A stretch of 55,884 bases of DNA, counting the filler, from Platydemus manokwari (taxonomy: Eukaryota): assembly GCA_037951405.1 (NCBI GenBank). It is 4 parts of 4 records of this genome, joined end to end, with 100 filler letters (N's around TTAATTAATTAA, not from the genome) between each part and the next. Parts side by side here need not be neighbours in the genome. Positions count along the whole stretch, not along the records: positions 21,790 to 46,854 come from JBBMOY010000014.1; positions 46,955 to 55,884 come from JBBMOY011327872.1; 2 more parts are not named here. One strand, 5' to 3'. This document shows positions 38,101-50,324 of the stretch, piece after piece (position 1 is the stretch's first letter; each line of letters starts with the position of its first letter). The position numbers were made by a program, and so were the translations under genes. The notes beneath the pieces were generated by a model. It saw only the letters and a list, made by a program, of their open reading frames with translations. It was not told where the DNA came from and did not search any database.

Positions 38101-41100
38101 AAGGTCTTTTTCAATAATCTACCTATTAAATCTTCGTATCAATAATCAATCTCAATTTCGAATTTGTTGAGGATACACTACACAACATTAACCCATCAAC
38201 CAATAATAACCCATCAATTAAAATCAATCAATTAACCCATCAAGGAATCAATCAATAATCCCTTTTCAATCAATCAAATTTCTCTTCGATCAATCAATAA
38301 TTCACATTACACTCAACAACCTCTTAATCAATAATTAATCAATTTTCAAACTCAATTTGTCAACCAGTAATCAATCCTTATATCAGAACACTGTTCAATA
38401 CCCTTCTAATCAAATATCGTCAACTAATCCAAACACCTCCCAATCAATAAATATCCCTGAACCTCCCACTCCCAAACAATACACCAAATGCTTCAATATA
38501 TAATTCAGAACAATCTAATTTTGACTATTTCTGCAAGTACCAACATCCCGAATATCAACATCTCAAATTCAATCCAATTATAAATATTAGTTGAGACAAA
38601 TTAATACTTTACTTTTATATGCTTTATTGTGACAAATCGATATTTTATTTTTATGTGCATTATTATTAATATCTTATATATTTTATTATCTTTAAGCAAT
38701 TATTGCATGTTATAATAATTATCTTGAACATTTTGAATTTTGATTCTTTTGAATTGTAAACCAGAGGGAGCAAAAAAGCGACACAAGGTTAAAATAATAA
38801 TAACGACAATAATAATAACAACAACATTATAATGATAATAACGATAATAATAATAAAAGTACAATTTGTAAATTTAGAAAAATAGTCAATTTTATCTGAT
38901 CCGAAATAACAGAATAAACACAAAGAAAATAAAAATAGTAACATAAAAATAGTAAGTGTTATATCAAATTTAAAATTCTATTTTCATAATATTTTTACAA
39001 ATAAAACAACCCACATCCCAACAGAAAGGAACCAAACCATCTACAAGTAGAGATATAAGAGAATTACAACTCTCAATTGGTAAGAAGATAAAAGAATAAT
39101 CCACAATTAAGATTAAAGAAGATAGAAATATAATCCCATTAGATTAAACAAAAACAATTAAAATTCTGGACGAAGAAGAAATACCATTGAATTATAATCA
39201 ATACATTGATTTGGATAATCCAGAATCGTGAATAAAATATGAATGGGACAATGGAGTGGAAATTGAAGAATAACATTATTTCATTCTAGAGGACCTAGAA
39301 AAGTGGCCCACATATTGTTAAAACGGTTAATCATTATAATCGAAACTATTCCCTCATTATTTGATTCAATTGTGTTATATTATAACTGTTAAAATCGATA
39401 TTAAATTTTATTCGCAGGTGAATACTTTGGCTGTGTATTCATATTTTCTTTTTTCTCTGATTGGATCTCAATTGACAGTTTATAACGGTATCGATATTTA
39501 TTTCCCCATTCAAACTGTTATTCAATTTCTTGTCTACATGGGATTATTGAAGGTAGATACATTTAAAAATAATATTTTTTGATAATTTAAAATAAGTGTG
39601 CTATCGGATTATTGAATCCAATGGGTAATGATGAGGAAAATTTTGAAATTGATGAAGTGATCTTATACAATTGGATGGTAGTTTTGTTTTTGTTAGTATG
39701 ATAACATGTTGATAATTATTACCAAATACCTTAGTAATTCAGAGCTTAAGTTACGAAAGTCTTACAACAATTTTTTTTAATTTATTGAGTGTACCTAAAA
39801 AAATCTATGAAGCTTAATTAATCATATTCATTAAAATTATTTTGAATTTTTTATTTAAGAAATTTAAAAGAATTTTAATTTTCCCAAATAACATATTAAA
39901 TATGTATTAGAACTTTAAAATCTCCTAAAATTCGATTATTCGAAAAACAAGTCAAATTGCAATTTATTGAAAATTAATGAGGATCACTTTTTAACATTGT
40001 AATCAAATTGCGATATACTCTGAATTTTTACAATTATTTGATAAAAACAAGTGATATTCGAATATTAAACAAGGAATTTACTAATTCGATTTATGATCAA
40101 AAAAATTTTAAATTTACAAAATCAAAAAATCTTATAGAATTGCTATGATAAGAATAGGGTTAGCAATTATGTTTTGTTCCCTTTCGATATCCTAAATGTA
40201 AAATATAAACTGAACTGTAAGAATAAATTAAAAACCAACAAATCATTTCATTTTATGTTCCAAGGTGGATACGTGGTATTCTTAAAGAATTAAATTACAA
40301 TATAAATATAAAATTAATATTTAAAGTGTTATTTTATTTAATTATGACTTCATTAATCATTTTTTATTTTTTCATTAACAAGTTTCATTGAAGTTTTTGT
40401 TATCAACATGGTACGATTAATCACTTGAAATTCTTCATCGATTCATAACACCAAAAAATTTAAATAATTGTTTAACTTTATTCATAAAAATTAAATTTTA
40501 TATTAAATTATTAAAAATTATAAAATTACCTAACAAACGAAAATTCATCATTAATAAAATAAGTCAAATGAGCCGTTCGAATAAAATTAAAATGTTAATA
40601 TTAAATATATTGTTTCGAATTAAATATTTGTTACTGAAGTGCAGCTTAATCAGTTTTATGAACTATTTTTGAAAAGTAGGTCATCACCATGGTAAAATAT
40701 TCCAACAATGAATCAGTGAAATTTTACGGTGAATTAATCATAAGATCAGAATAATGATTATCATGATTTCAATATTTATACAATTAAAAATTGTGTAATG
40801 AATTTTAGAAGAAATAAAAAACAAATACAAAAATAAAGTTAATCAATCTAAAATCTTCTCATCAATAGAATTATTAATCGCAACCAAAATCTGAATGATA
40901 AAATAATAAAAAATCATTTCACCAGATCAAATTTCTAAAATAGCTAAGAACAAAACAATTGAAATATAGCATTATTATTAGATCGGTCACTGCATCAGTA
41001 ACGATGTCGCTGATACGGCACCAGAAAGGCTTCATCGTGATATATTTTGGAATACTGACAGAATAGATCTCGAAGAAACTTATTCAGCACATGGCAAATT

Positions 41101-41107
41101 CAAGTAA
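35168..41107 (+). CDS. bestrophin-family anion channel, 349 aa, divergent
   Basis: Exons 35168-35235, 36678-36788, 36852-37147, 37192-37346, 37393-37470, 39418-39552, 39597-39677, 40982-41107 (1050 nt, in frame). Motifs MTVHY, KLLLRWRGGIHKL, IPMAVILGFF, IIRYLN, FPLIYTQV..LAVYSYF..LIGSQ, DIYFP..T.IQF..YMGLLK, LLNPMGNDEENFE, RDIFW. Confidence 0.92.
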
Positions 41108-41251
41108 TGAATTTACATTGAATGAATAAATAAATGTTGATATTAGTGAATGAGAGCAATAAATAATGAAGATAGAAAAGTCGAATGGCATACACAGTAA
41201 ATGTATTATTATTGAAATTGATCCAAATACATGTATAAATGTGTACAAAAT

Positions 41252-43194
41252 TTAATCATCATCTTCATCCTGTTTGCCTGGTTGTTTAGCAGCTGGTCCA
41301 CCTGCAGCCTTGGCCATAATAATCTATAAATATTAATTAATAATTAATTATTCAATCATAATCATAATCATCATCATACATTATCAACTCGTAAAATCGT
41401 TATAGCCGTATCAGTGGCAAAACGAATACCCCAATATTTGGCAGTATAAGTGTCGAGAATATTGGCTTCAACGGCATCAACAACTTGTCGGCATTCACCA
41501 GATGAAACAATGCCATGATTAATTTTGCCTTCTCTATGAGCAGCTTTCAATTCTGCAATGCGTTCAGTGGCCTATATATAAATCAATAAAATAATCAATA
41601 ATCAATCGATATTACATTTTCTCCAGAATTATCACATAATATCTTGACAATCGATTCAAATGCAAGAACAAATTGCTTGATAGCATATTGCACCAAACCA
41701 GTCTGAGAATTAGCGAAATCTGAAAGTCTGTTGGCCAATTCAATTTCAGTGGCACCAGCACCAGCCAAATATCTTGGTTCCCGAGTGAGACATTTAAATG
41801 TGTTGACGCCATCATCAATGGCTCTTTCAACTTCTTCCATCACATCATTCATGCTTCCACGAACAACAATACTTGATATGGCTCCTTCTTGAACATCTAC
41901 AAACATAAAAATTCAAACCAAACTCCATAAAATATGCCAATAATTTACGCTGATCAAACAATACAACAGTTGTTCTGCCGATTTCTTCTGTGCGTACACT
42001 AGCAATATAACCCAAATCTTCTTGTGTTGGTGTGCTGAATTTTGGCATTGGAGTTGCTCCGGTGATTTTACAGACTCGTCGAACATCGAATTTGCTTCCG
42101 AGTTTAACAACCATCAAATTATATTTGTTGGCATAATGCAATGCCAATTCACCGACTTTACCACCAGTGACGATCACTTTACAACCTGTCTGTGCAATTT
42201 CACGGACTCGATCTTCCATTTGGATTTCTTCACCGTGACTGAAATCCATTAATTCTTTGGCTGTGTTGATGAGAACTGTGCCTTTAGTTTCTGTTTGCAA
42301 TTGATCGAATGGGCAAGAGTAAACAACAACTTTAGCATCACTACATGCTTTCACAACGCCTTGAGCTTCTCTAACAAATACCATTCCGTTAAAAAGTCGA
42401 GACGAATTTGTTCCGCTGCCCTGTTTTGATTGAATTTATTCAGAATCATTTAATAAAATGTTTAAAAAAATACCAAAATTTTGACGACACGGATATGATC
42501 AACATTAAAATATGAAGATTCTGGAAGAGCACGAACTACACGATTTTAAATAGACATCTCAAAGAAAATATCAAAAATATTTACTGCAAGCATCTGTAAC
42601 CAAATCAGAAATGTGATCTTCTTCTCCAAATATTTTAGAATTAACGGCAGTTCTAATGATTTTTCCGACGATATTTTTGTCTTTCAAATCAGTGACTTTA
42701 CCAACGACTAAATCTCTCAAAATCTCCAAAGAATGTTTTGCGGCTATTTCATAACCTTCAGCAACGTCAGGTACTGATAAACCCATTCTAAGTAAATATT
42801 CTGCCTTTTCTAATAAAGAAGCGCACAGTATGATAACCAAATTTGTGGCTTCTCCAGATTCTTGTTCTTGTTGTTGAGCAGCCATAACCATAAGTTTTGC
42901 AGCTGGGTGTTCAACTTCCAATTCTCGCAAGATAGTTCCAGCATCTTTGGTAACAAATTTTTTACCAATGTGATTTATAACCATCTTTTTCATTCCTTGT
43001 GGGCCAAATGTTGAAGCGGTAGTTTGACCTAAAGCTACACAAGCCTGGATATTTCTAAAAACTGATTCTTCTAAACCTTGGAAATACTGTGACAAATATT
43101 GTAATTCTAAGACATATAAAATTTAATAACATACTCTTGAACCTTCTTTCATCATTGAAAGATATCCAGGTGCGGTAGGAATATGCATAGCCAT
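41252..43194 (-). CDS. CCT8: T-complex protein 1 subunit theta, 546 aa
   Basis: Exons 43194-43135, 43086-42585, 42535-42474, 42420-41949, 41896-41616, 41571-41380, 41323-41252 (1641 nt). GLEESVFRNIQAC, GPQGMKKMVINH, ELEVEHPAAK, FNVDHIRVVKILG, TETKGTVLI, ERAIDDGVN, AGAGATEIEL, LRVDNIIMAKAAGGP. Confidence 0.97.
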
Positions 43195-44489
43195 TTTTAT
43201 CTGAAAATTAAAAATCAAAAATTTAAACCCAAAGTTTGCAAAATTAACAAACTTTTTCTAGATTGCACTAAATTTTAAAAATCAATTAAGATAAACAAAT
43301 AAATTTAATAAATAATTTTATTAGTTAATCGTTAATAAGAATTTTAACACAATCCAAAAACTTTTTGAAAACTTCATTCTTTTGAATATTTACAGTGTCG
43401 CATAATTTCTGATATCTGTGTTTAATCACAGTTGTTCTCAAAACTCTGAATTACCAATTTTCTGATGAAATACTTATCTTTTTTTTTATAATATTGAAAA
43501 CTTTATTTATAATAAATTTTAATTAGAAATTTATTTAATATTAAAAATAAAGAAATATTTATGGGACATATATTCAATGACATTTCGAACTTTCAAATCA
43601 AACAGAGAAAAAGTGTTGATGAGATCCAACACATTTTTTAATTCAAATATCAAATATAATATTAAATGATGTGTTAATATATTGGGTTGCACAGTGCCAA
43701 AAAACATAAATTTTATCAGATTTGTTGGATTTTTGGAGTATCGCTCTCTTAAGATGTTAAGGCGTCCCTGGCTGAAAACATAAGTTCTTTAAGTATCTGA
43801 AAAGATAATAATCATTATTCAGCAAATATTTATAAGTAAAATGTAAAGTCTCATTCTATACAATTATACAATGTTCACACACACCAACAAACTCGAATTG
43901 TTTTTTCAAAAAATGGAAAGTAACGACTAGAGAACAAAATTCCTGTAGAGACATATTTCATATTAATAATATATATTTAAATTTTTATGTAGAATCTACA
44001 TAAATTAGTTGCACCGCGAATTACCCGTCTTTACTACTTTGAATTTAATTCTCTAAAATAACTCTTCAAGGAGTTCCAATTTTTGTGTTTTGTGTTAAAA
44101 ATTGACAATCTGTACAAATCATTAAAATTAATAAACGTACAAACTAATAATATAACCAGACAGTGAAACTGATAATGTAACTGATGATCAGAAAATACCC
44201 ATGATTGTTATTTCATATAAACAATGAAAGAAAATATCGAAATTGAATTGGCAAGATATGCCAAGACATTAAGAAAATATGGGCCAACAGAAAAAAGATA
44301 ATGCAACTAAAGCTAACAAGTGAAGACCAGCCCTTGACAAAGGTACCATCGAATTGATTCACTCACTGGCTTCACTCATTCGCTTATAAATTCTGGTCTT
44401 CATTACTACTATACACCATCCATTAAATCCCCAAAAAAATTGAAATATAATCAGTGGAAAACCCTAAGAAAAATGATATCTTAATATTG

Positions 44490-46252
44490 ATTAAGGATAA
44501 ATGGCAAATTTGGGACAAAGTCTTTAAAACCATTCGAGCTTTTAAAGCTCATGAAAGATCCAAAACATTTATGAAAAAATTAAATTAATTAATTAATGAA
44601 AACAATAATTAAAATAAAAACAATGAAGAATTGTTCATTTCAGATATTTACGAAATCCATTAAATCCAATTAAAAATCTCAAACAACTAAACATTTAATT
44701 TCTAATCAAATGAAATTTTAGAATTCATAAATAAATTTTCAAACATGAAATGTCAAATAATAGTTAATATATTATTATAAGATACTAATCATAAGACAAA
44801 CGAAGATGCACATATTACAATAGGATTATTTACGAATCAAATTTTAAAAATTGATAAAATAAAATTAATGAAAATCATTTGCTAGAAGCAATTATTGGTT
44901 TCCCTCAAAAATTCGAAAACAACTTTCTAAAGATTCATTGCAGCAGATTGAATATATCAGAATTAAAAAATATAAAATAAATATTTCTAAAATAAATGTA
45001 TTAGCTGGAGGTAGTTTTTTACCTTTACCTTTCGTTTCAAATAACTCTATTAATGTAGGAAATGTTTTTGTATTGGATATTAGCGATTTATATCCAGTTG
45101 ATGGAAGGCTAAGGCATTACAAAAACCATATTAATAAATTTAATGTAGGGCTAACATTTCTAACATCTATTAATGAAGTTAAAAAATTATTAAAAAAATA
45201 GCTATTTCAAAACGAATGTTTATGGAATTATAGATAATGGTACTGACAACAAGATTATAAATTATTGCCAATTTATATTTCAAAGAAAAAATAATACAAT
45301 CAAAATGTTAAATTAATATAATTAGAAGAAAATAACAAAACACATTATGTGAACATTAAAAAAATTATGAAAGTGGAATTAAATGATAAATTAAAAAATA
45401 CGCATAAATAATACATAACTACTCATAATAAGTACAGTTATAAATATTTATAAATATAAAATAAAATCATATTATGGGTGACAATAATTATAGTAAAATT
45501 TCAGAAATACGATTATTAATTTACGTTGTCTTGGAAACTGTCATTCAAATTTAAAATTTAAATCACCGTGGCAACGTAAGAAATTACCATGGAAAATTAT
45601 TATTATATGACTAACAAATCTCACAAAACCCACAATCAAAAACAGTATATAAATGAACTCATTTGACAACCAGATGGAACAATAATTTCACAACCAAGTT
45701 ACTCTCATTTAATGAGAACGAATACATATTCGATCATTAACTACGAATTTCTGATTATCGTATTTCATAAGCAGCGTTATATGAACATTAAATATTATTA
45801 ATTTATGTTAGCGAGCAAGGGATTTGTTAAAAATAAATCAATTTCAATTTTATACTGAAGAATAGTAGCTATTATCCTTATCACTATTAATCCATTCTTT
45901 TCAATCTTTTGATAGGAGATTCTTTGTGAAATATTAATTATACCAATTCCGCAAAGTCTGACTAGAATTTATCGGAGCAAAAATTCAAAAGATTCTTTAT
46001 TTTAACAACCAAGTAGGGTGTCAGTTAGTTCCATCTGTCCGCTTTTCATTCCCGAAGTCATTACAATTGTTAACTTGGGAATCTGAATTAAAAGTTACGA
46101 GTGTAGAACTTGAATTATTTACTGATCAAACAATTTATGAAATATGTGAACAAGGAATCAGAGGTGGGATATTATCAGCGATGCTAAAGAGATTTATTAA
46201 TGATAATATAGAACATTATTATTATCCAGGAGATCGTGAATTTAAAAGGTAA
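44490..46252 (+). mobile_element. Polinton/Maverick-type protein-primed DNA polymerase B relic
   Basis: INISKINVLAGGSFLPLP..SINV.N (~44977-45063), NKTHYVNIK (~45335), and TWESELKVTSVELELFTD..YEICEQGIRGG (46073-46170) resemble conserved blocks of animal Polinton pPolB (GSSYI.LP..INV.N; HY..IK; SW.AMLK.T.VELELLTD..E.GIRGG). Heavily disrupted and internally deleted. Confidence 0.75.
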
Positions 46253-46854
46253 TAGAGTGTTTCAGTAAATGTTTAAAAGTTCTGATGTGTCTTCTAATGT
46301 GTCATTTTTATGGGCATGAAATATATATATTTATCATTTATAAAATATGAAGAAAATAAACCAGAATAAGAAAAATTGAGTAAATTTAGTTTTGTTGATA
46401 ATTAAATAATTGAGTGATAATAATAATTTGAAAGGTTGGAATAACCATGATATAACATTGAAAATAAAATCAATAACGATAAAAAGTAATGAAAAATAAT
46501 GAATTTTCGAATGATCATAATAAAAACTTCAAGTAATTGTCGAGTACAAAACGAAAAACGTTAATAATTCGTTCAGATGAAATTTGGAAAAAATTAATCC
46601 GATTTTACAAAGATTTGAACCTAATCGATATTTACGAATACTGACGAATCTGTAATTATATTATAAAAATAATAATACTATCTTTACAACCGAATTAATT
46701 AATTGACAAAAATTCCGATCCTTTTGGAACTCTAACAAATTATTGGGTCTATAACTTAAAAACCGGAATTTTTTAAAAACAATTGAGTGTTTATTAAAGA
46801 AAATCTTGTACAATTCTGTTATCCAAAGTAATGTCCATCGGAAGTTACAACATT

Positions 46855-46954
46855 NNNNNNNNNNNNNNNNNNNNNNNNNNNNNNNNNNNNNNNNNNNNTT
46901 AATTAATTAANNNNNNNNNNNNNNNNNNNNNNNNNNNNNNNNNNNNNNNNNNNN
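46855..46954. other. artificial scaffold linker N44-TTAATTAATTAA-N44
   Basis: Same 100-nt structure as the other two. Confidence 0.97.
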
Positions 46955-49900
46955 GCATTCTTTTGTTACTTTTAAAGTTCAGTTATATTTGTTATCCGGA
47001 CACAATCCAATCGTACATGCTGTGAGGTTTCTTTTAGCTTAAATATAAGGTATATCTTATCTTATCATATTTTATTAATTATTGTTTTCATCAATTAAAA
47101 CAATATATTGATAGACAAATAAAAATAAGTTAAATGCTTTGTGCATATAGGGGAAAGTAATTTTTTTTTAATTTGAAAAGAAAATGAAATTCACAAACAC
47201 AAAACGGCTCACGAAACTTGAAATATTCGTATCAATCAAAAATGATTTGATATTTCGTTTTTTTAATCTATTTTATGTGTCTTGACAACAATTATCGACA
47301 GTTAATAATTATGACTTCGATCAATATAATAACCATGGTCACCATTGATATATATTCATTATCAGCTAGAAATTCAAAATCATTAAGATATTTCTAATAA
47401 AAAAGCGTTCCTAATCTGAAGAATATTTGATTTTCATGTCCTCAAACATATTCTTAATTAATAAATTTTATTTGTTCTTTTAAAATGAGATTACATTTAA
47501 ACGTTACTCTTTATATACATATTTAATGATCATATGGTTGACAATTCAAAATGAAAATAGCAGCTTATAATTCTCGAGATGAAATTTGTTAGTCAATATC
47601 TGAGTTACTGAAGTTATGATTTAGGATCGTGTTAGTACTCCAAATGCTATTTCAAAATAAAAATATAAATGAATTAAAACGATCTGTTTAATCAACTTTT
47701 TAAAACTTCTTTCAGGTATTCTATAATTGTCTAGTGTCCAGTTAATATCAAATTATCATTTACATACATCGATTGAGATAAGAATGGTACATTTTAGATA
47801 TTGACTCAATAACTCTGGTATGGCAAGCCATTAATTCACATAAAAAGTATTTTCAAATTCTAACTGAAGTTAATCGATGATGAAAATGGAAATTTATGGG
47901 AAAGCATTTTTAAAACGCCTCACGTTAAGTCAATGGAGCTGATACATTTTTAATTTCCATTATTTGTGGGAACAAATAATATTCAATTATAGCTCCCAAG
48001 CATGAAAATTATAATTGGCAATTCCTGAAACGTAAAAAAATATTTAGAAATATAAATATTATCAGAATATTAATAATTATTTTGGATATTTAATATAGTT
48101 AAGAATCTAAAATATTAATTTACGAATCGCGAATTTTACATATTTGTCATACATTTAAAATTCTAAACTAAAACAATTATAAAAACTCGATGATATTTTC
48201 AAAAAGTGGATATTTATTAAAATCAGATTGAATACATCATCAATCTTTTTGAGACAATTATAATTTATATTTTAATGGGGATTTGATTGTTTTATTTTTT
48301 AATATTTTTAAAATTTTAAAAAATTTTTTAATTTTACAAATTGTTCAATATTCTTGCTAAATCATCTTCTGTATTTTGTCTCCTTCTTCTTATCTTGATC
48401 TCTTTTCGACTTTATAATATATTAAAATTTTTCACAGTTTAACCCAAAACCAATTTCCAAATTCTCAATAAATGAGATGAAATTTTGGAAAAAGATTTTA
48501 TTAACAGATCAACAAATATAAAATTAATATCGAAAATAGGTCAAAAATTATAGAATTATATAGTTAGTTGATTTAACTCAAGACGTTTAGTTAATGAAGT
48601 TCAAATACATACATACACACCCATATATATAGCTAATATATTTATTATGAAATAATTAATTAATTAAGATGTAATCAAGGAATAACATAAATTCAAAATC
48701 ATATTCCATTTTATTCAATATCGTCTAATATCGACAAACCCTCTATCGTCAAATGATGTTCTTCTTGATTTTCTTTAATAAATTTCAAAACTGGTTTCTA
48801 AAATTCTGAAATACCTCAATTTTATTAAATTTTAAAATATTGATTATCTTCAGCGTCCTTATTGTATTTTTAAAAGCAGAAACCTTTCTTAATTTTTCTA
48901 TTCTTTAATGAATATCAAAACAATTCAGTCAACTTTCCATATTTTATTATAAATTTTGTGTTTTACTAATTTTAAAATCTGGGTTCCTCGGATCTGATAG
49001 TACTAAAAATCTTGAAAAATCTTTACTTTCATTTTTACATAAGTTGTGATATTGAAAGTTCCACCACAACGGTTTTTGGAGCTTTTACTCTTTAAGTAAG
49101 CTCTTATTATATATCGTATCCTCCTGATAACTCTAGCTAGCCTGTTTGAATGATGCTGGGATGATGAGCTGAATTCTTATTTGAATAACTGTATAAATTT
49201 ACCTCCAAATGCACTTATGTTATCCAAAACGATAAATCCAGACCTGGAAGATTGTTCCTAATCAACTAGCTTGATCAATCTATAATGACTACTAAGTACT
49301 TTATGTTACTCCGTTTCATGTCAATTTAGTCAACGTCTACAACAATTTGAATTTAAAGCTAAAAGCTTCCTCCAGATACCGGAAACTCCCATTTCCCAGA
49401 TAAATATTTCTCTAAGCTAATTAAAATAAATAACACCGTGATGTAGATATCAAAAGTTTGCTAATCACGTCTATTTTATTATTATTTAATTGTAAGAATG
49501 TATATATTTTGTATCACAGCTTTATCTAGATTTGTAACTTATATGTTTTCCCCTTAGCTAATATTTTCCATTGTTTTTCTTAAGATATTGCTCTTCAAAT
49601 ATCTTTTACAAAATCACTTGTAGTTTTGATTCCTAAATCACTATTTATATTTGATAAATTTTTTAACCGCGTTTTTCTAAAATCTATTAATGTTTTAATT
49701 ATTCTTATGGGAAATAATTTTAATTATACTTCTGGAAATTATGATTCCATAAAATAGTGACGATCTCCTACTTTTTATATATATTTCCTATATATATAAA
49801 CAAAGACCAAGTAATGCGGCGTTTACATTTATTGATAATGATTTTTCTGAGATTTTAGGAATGTTCTCTCTTTATCTAAAACCTTAATAATAGTAGAATG

Positions 49901-50267
49901 AATTTATCTTCAAATATTTTTTATTAATAAAACGATAAATGTTTATTAAAATATTTAGAAAATAGTTTTATAATAATTTTAATAATGAACCCTTTTTCAT
50001 ATTGATCTAATGTTTAATTTAAAATAAATATTTTTACAAGATAAAAATAGTTCTTTAAAATCTTCATCACCAATATTATAATTTCTGTGTATGTCTTTTA
50101 ATCTTTTCAAAATCAATTTATTTGTAACTATGTTATATAATTTAGATTTTATATAAAAATATATGAACGATGCCTAAACTAAAACTTTAATCAATAAAAT
50201 ATAAAAAAAAATAAAAAAAATTTTAAAGAAGAAATTTGATAACGAAACATCATGATGATCCTGTAAA

Positions 50268-50324
50268 TAATCTAACATTAATCTAACATTAATCTATCAT
50301 TAATCTATCATTAATCTATCATTA
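50268..50324. repeat. 11-bp tandem repeat (TAATCTA[A/T]CAT) x5
   Basis: Two copies of taatctaacat followed by three of taatctatcat. Confidence 0.9.

Noticed and set aside
49365-49415. SGKWEFP on the minus strand resembling a Nudix box lead-in
   Set aside because: No GX5EX7REUXEE follows; the frame closes immediately.
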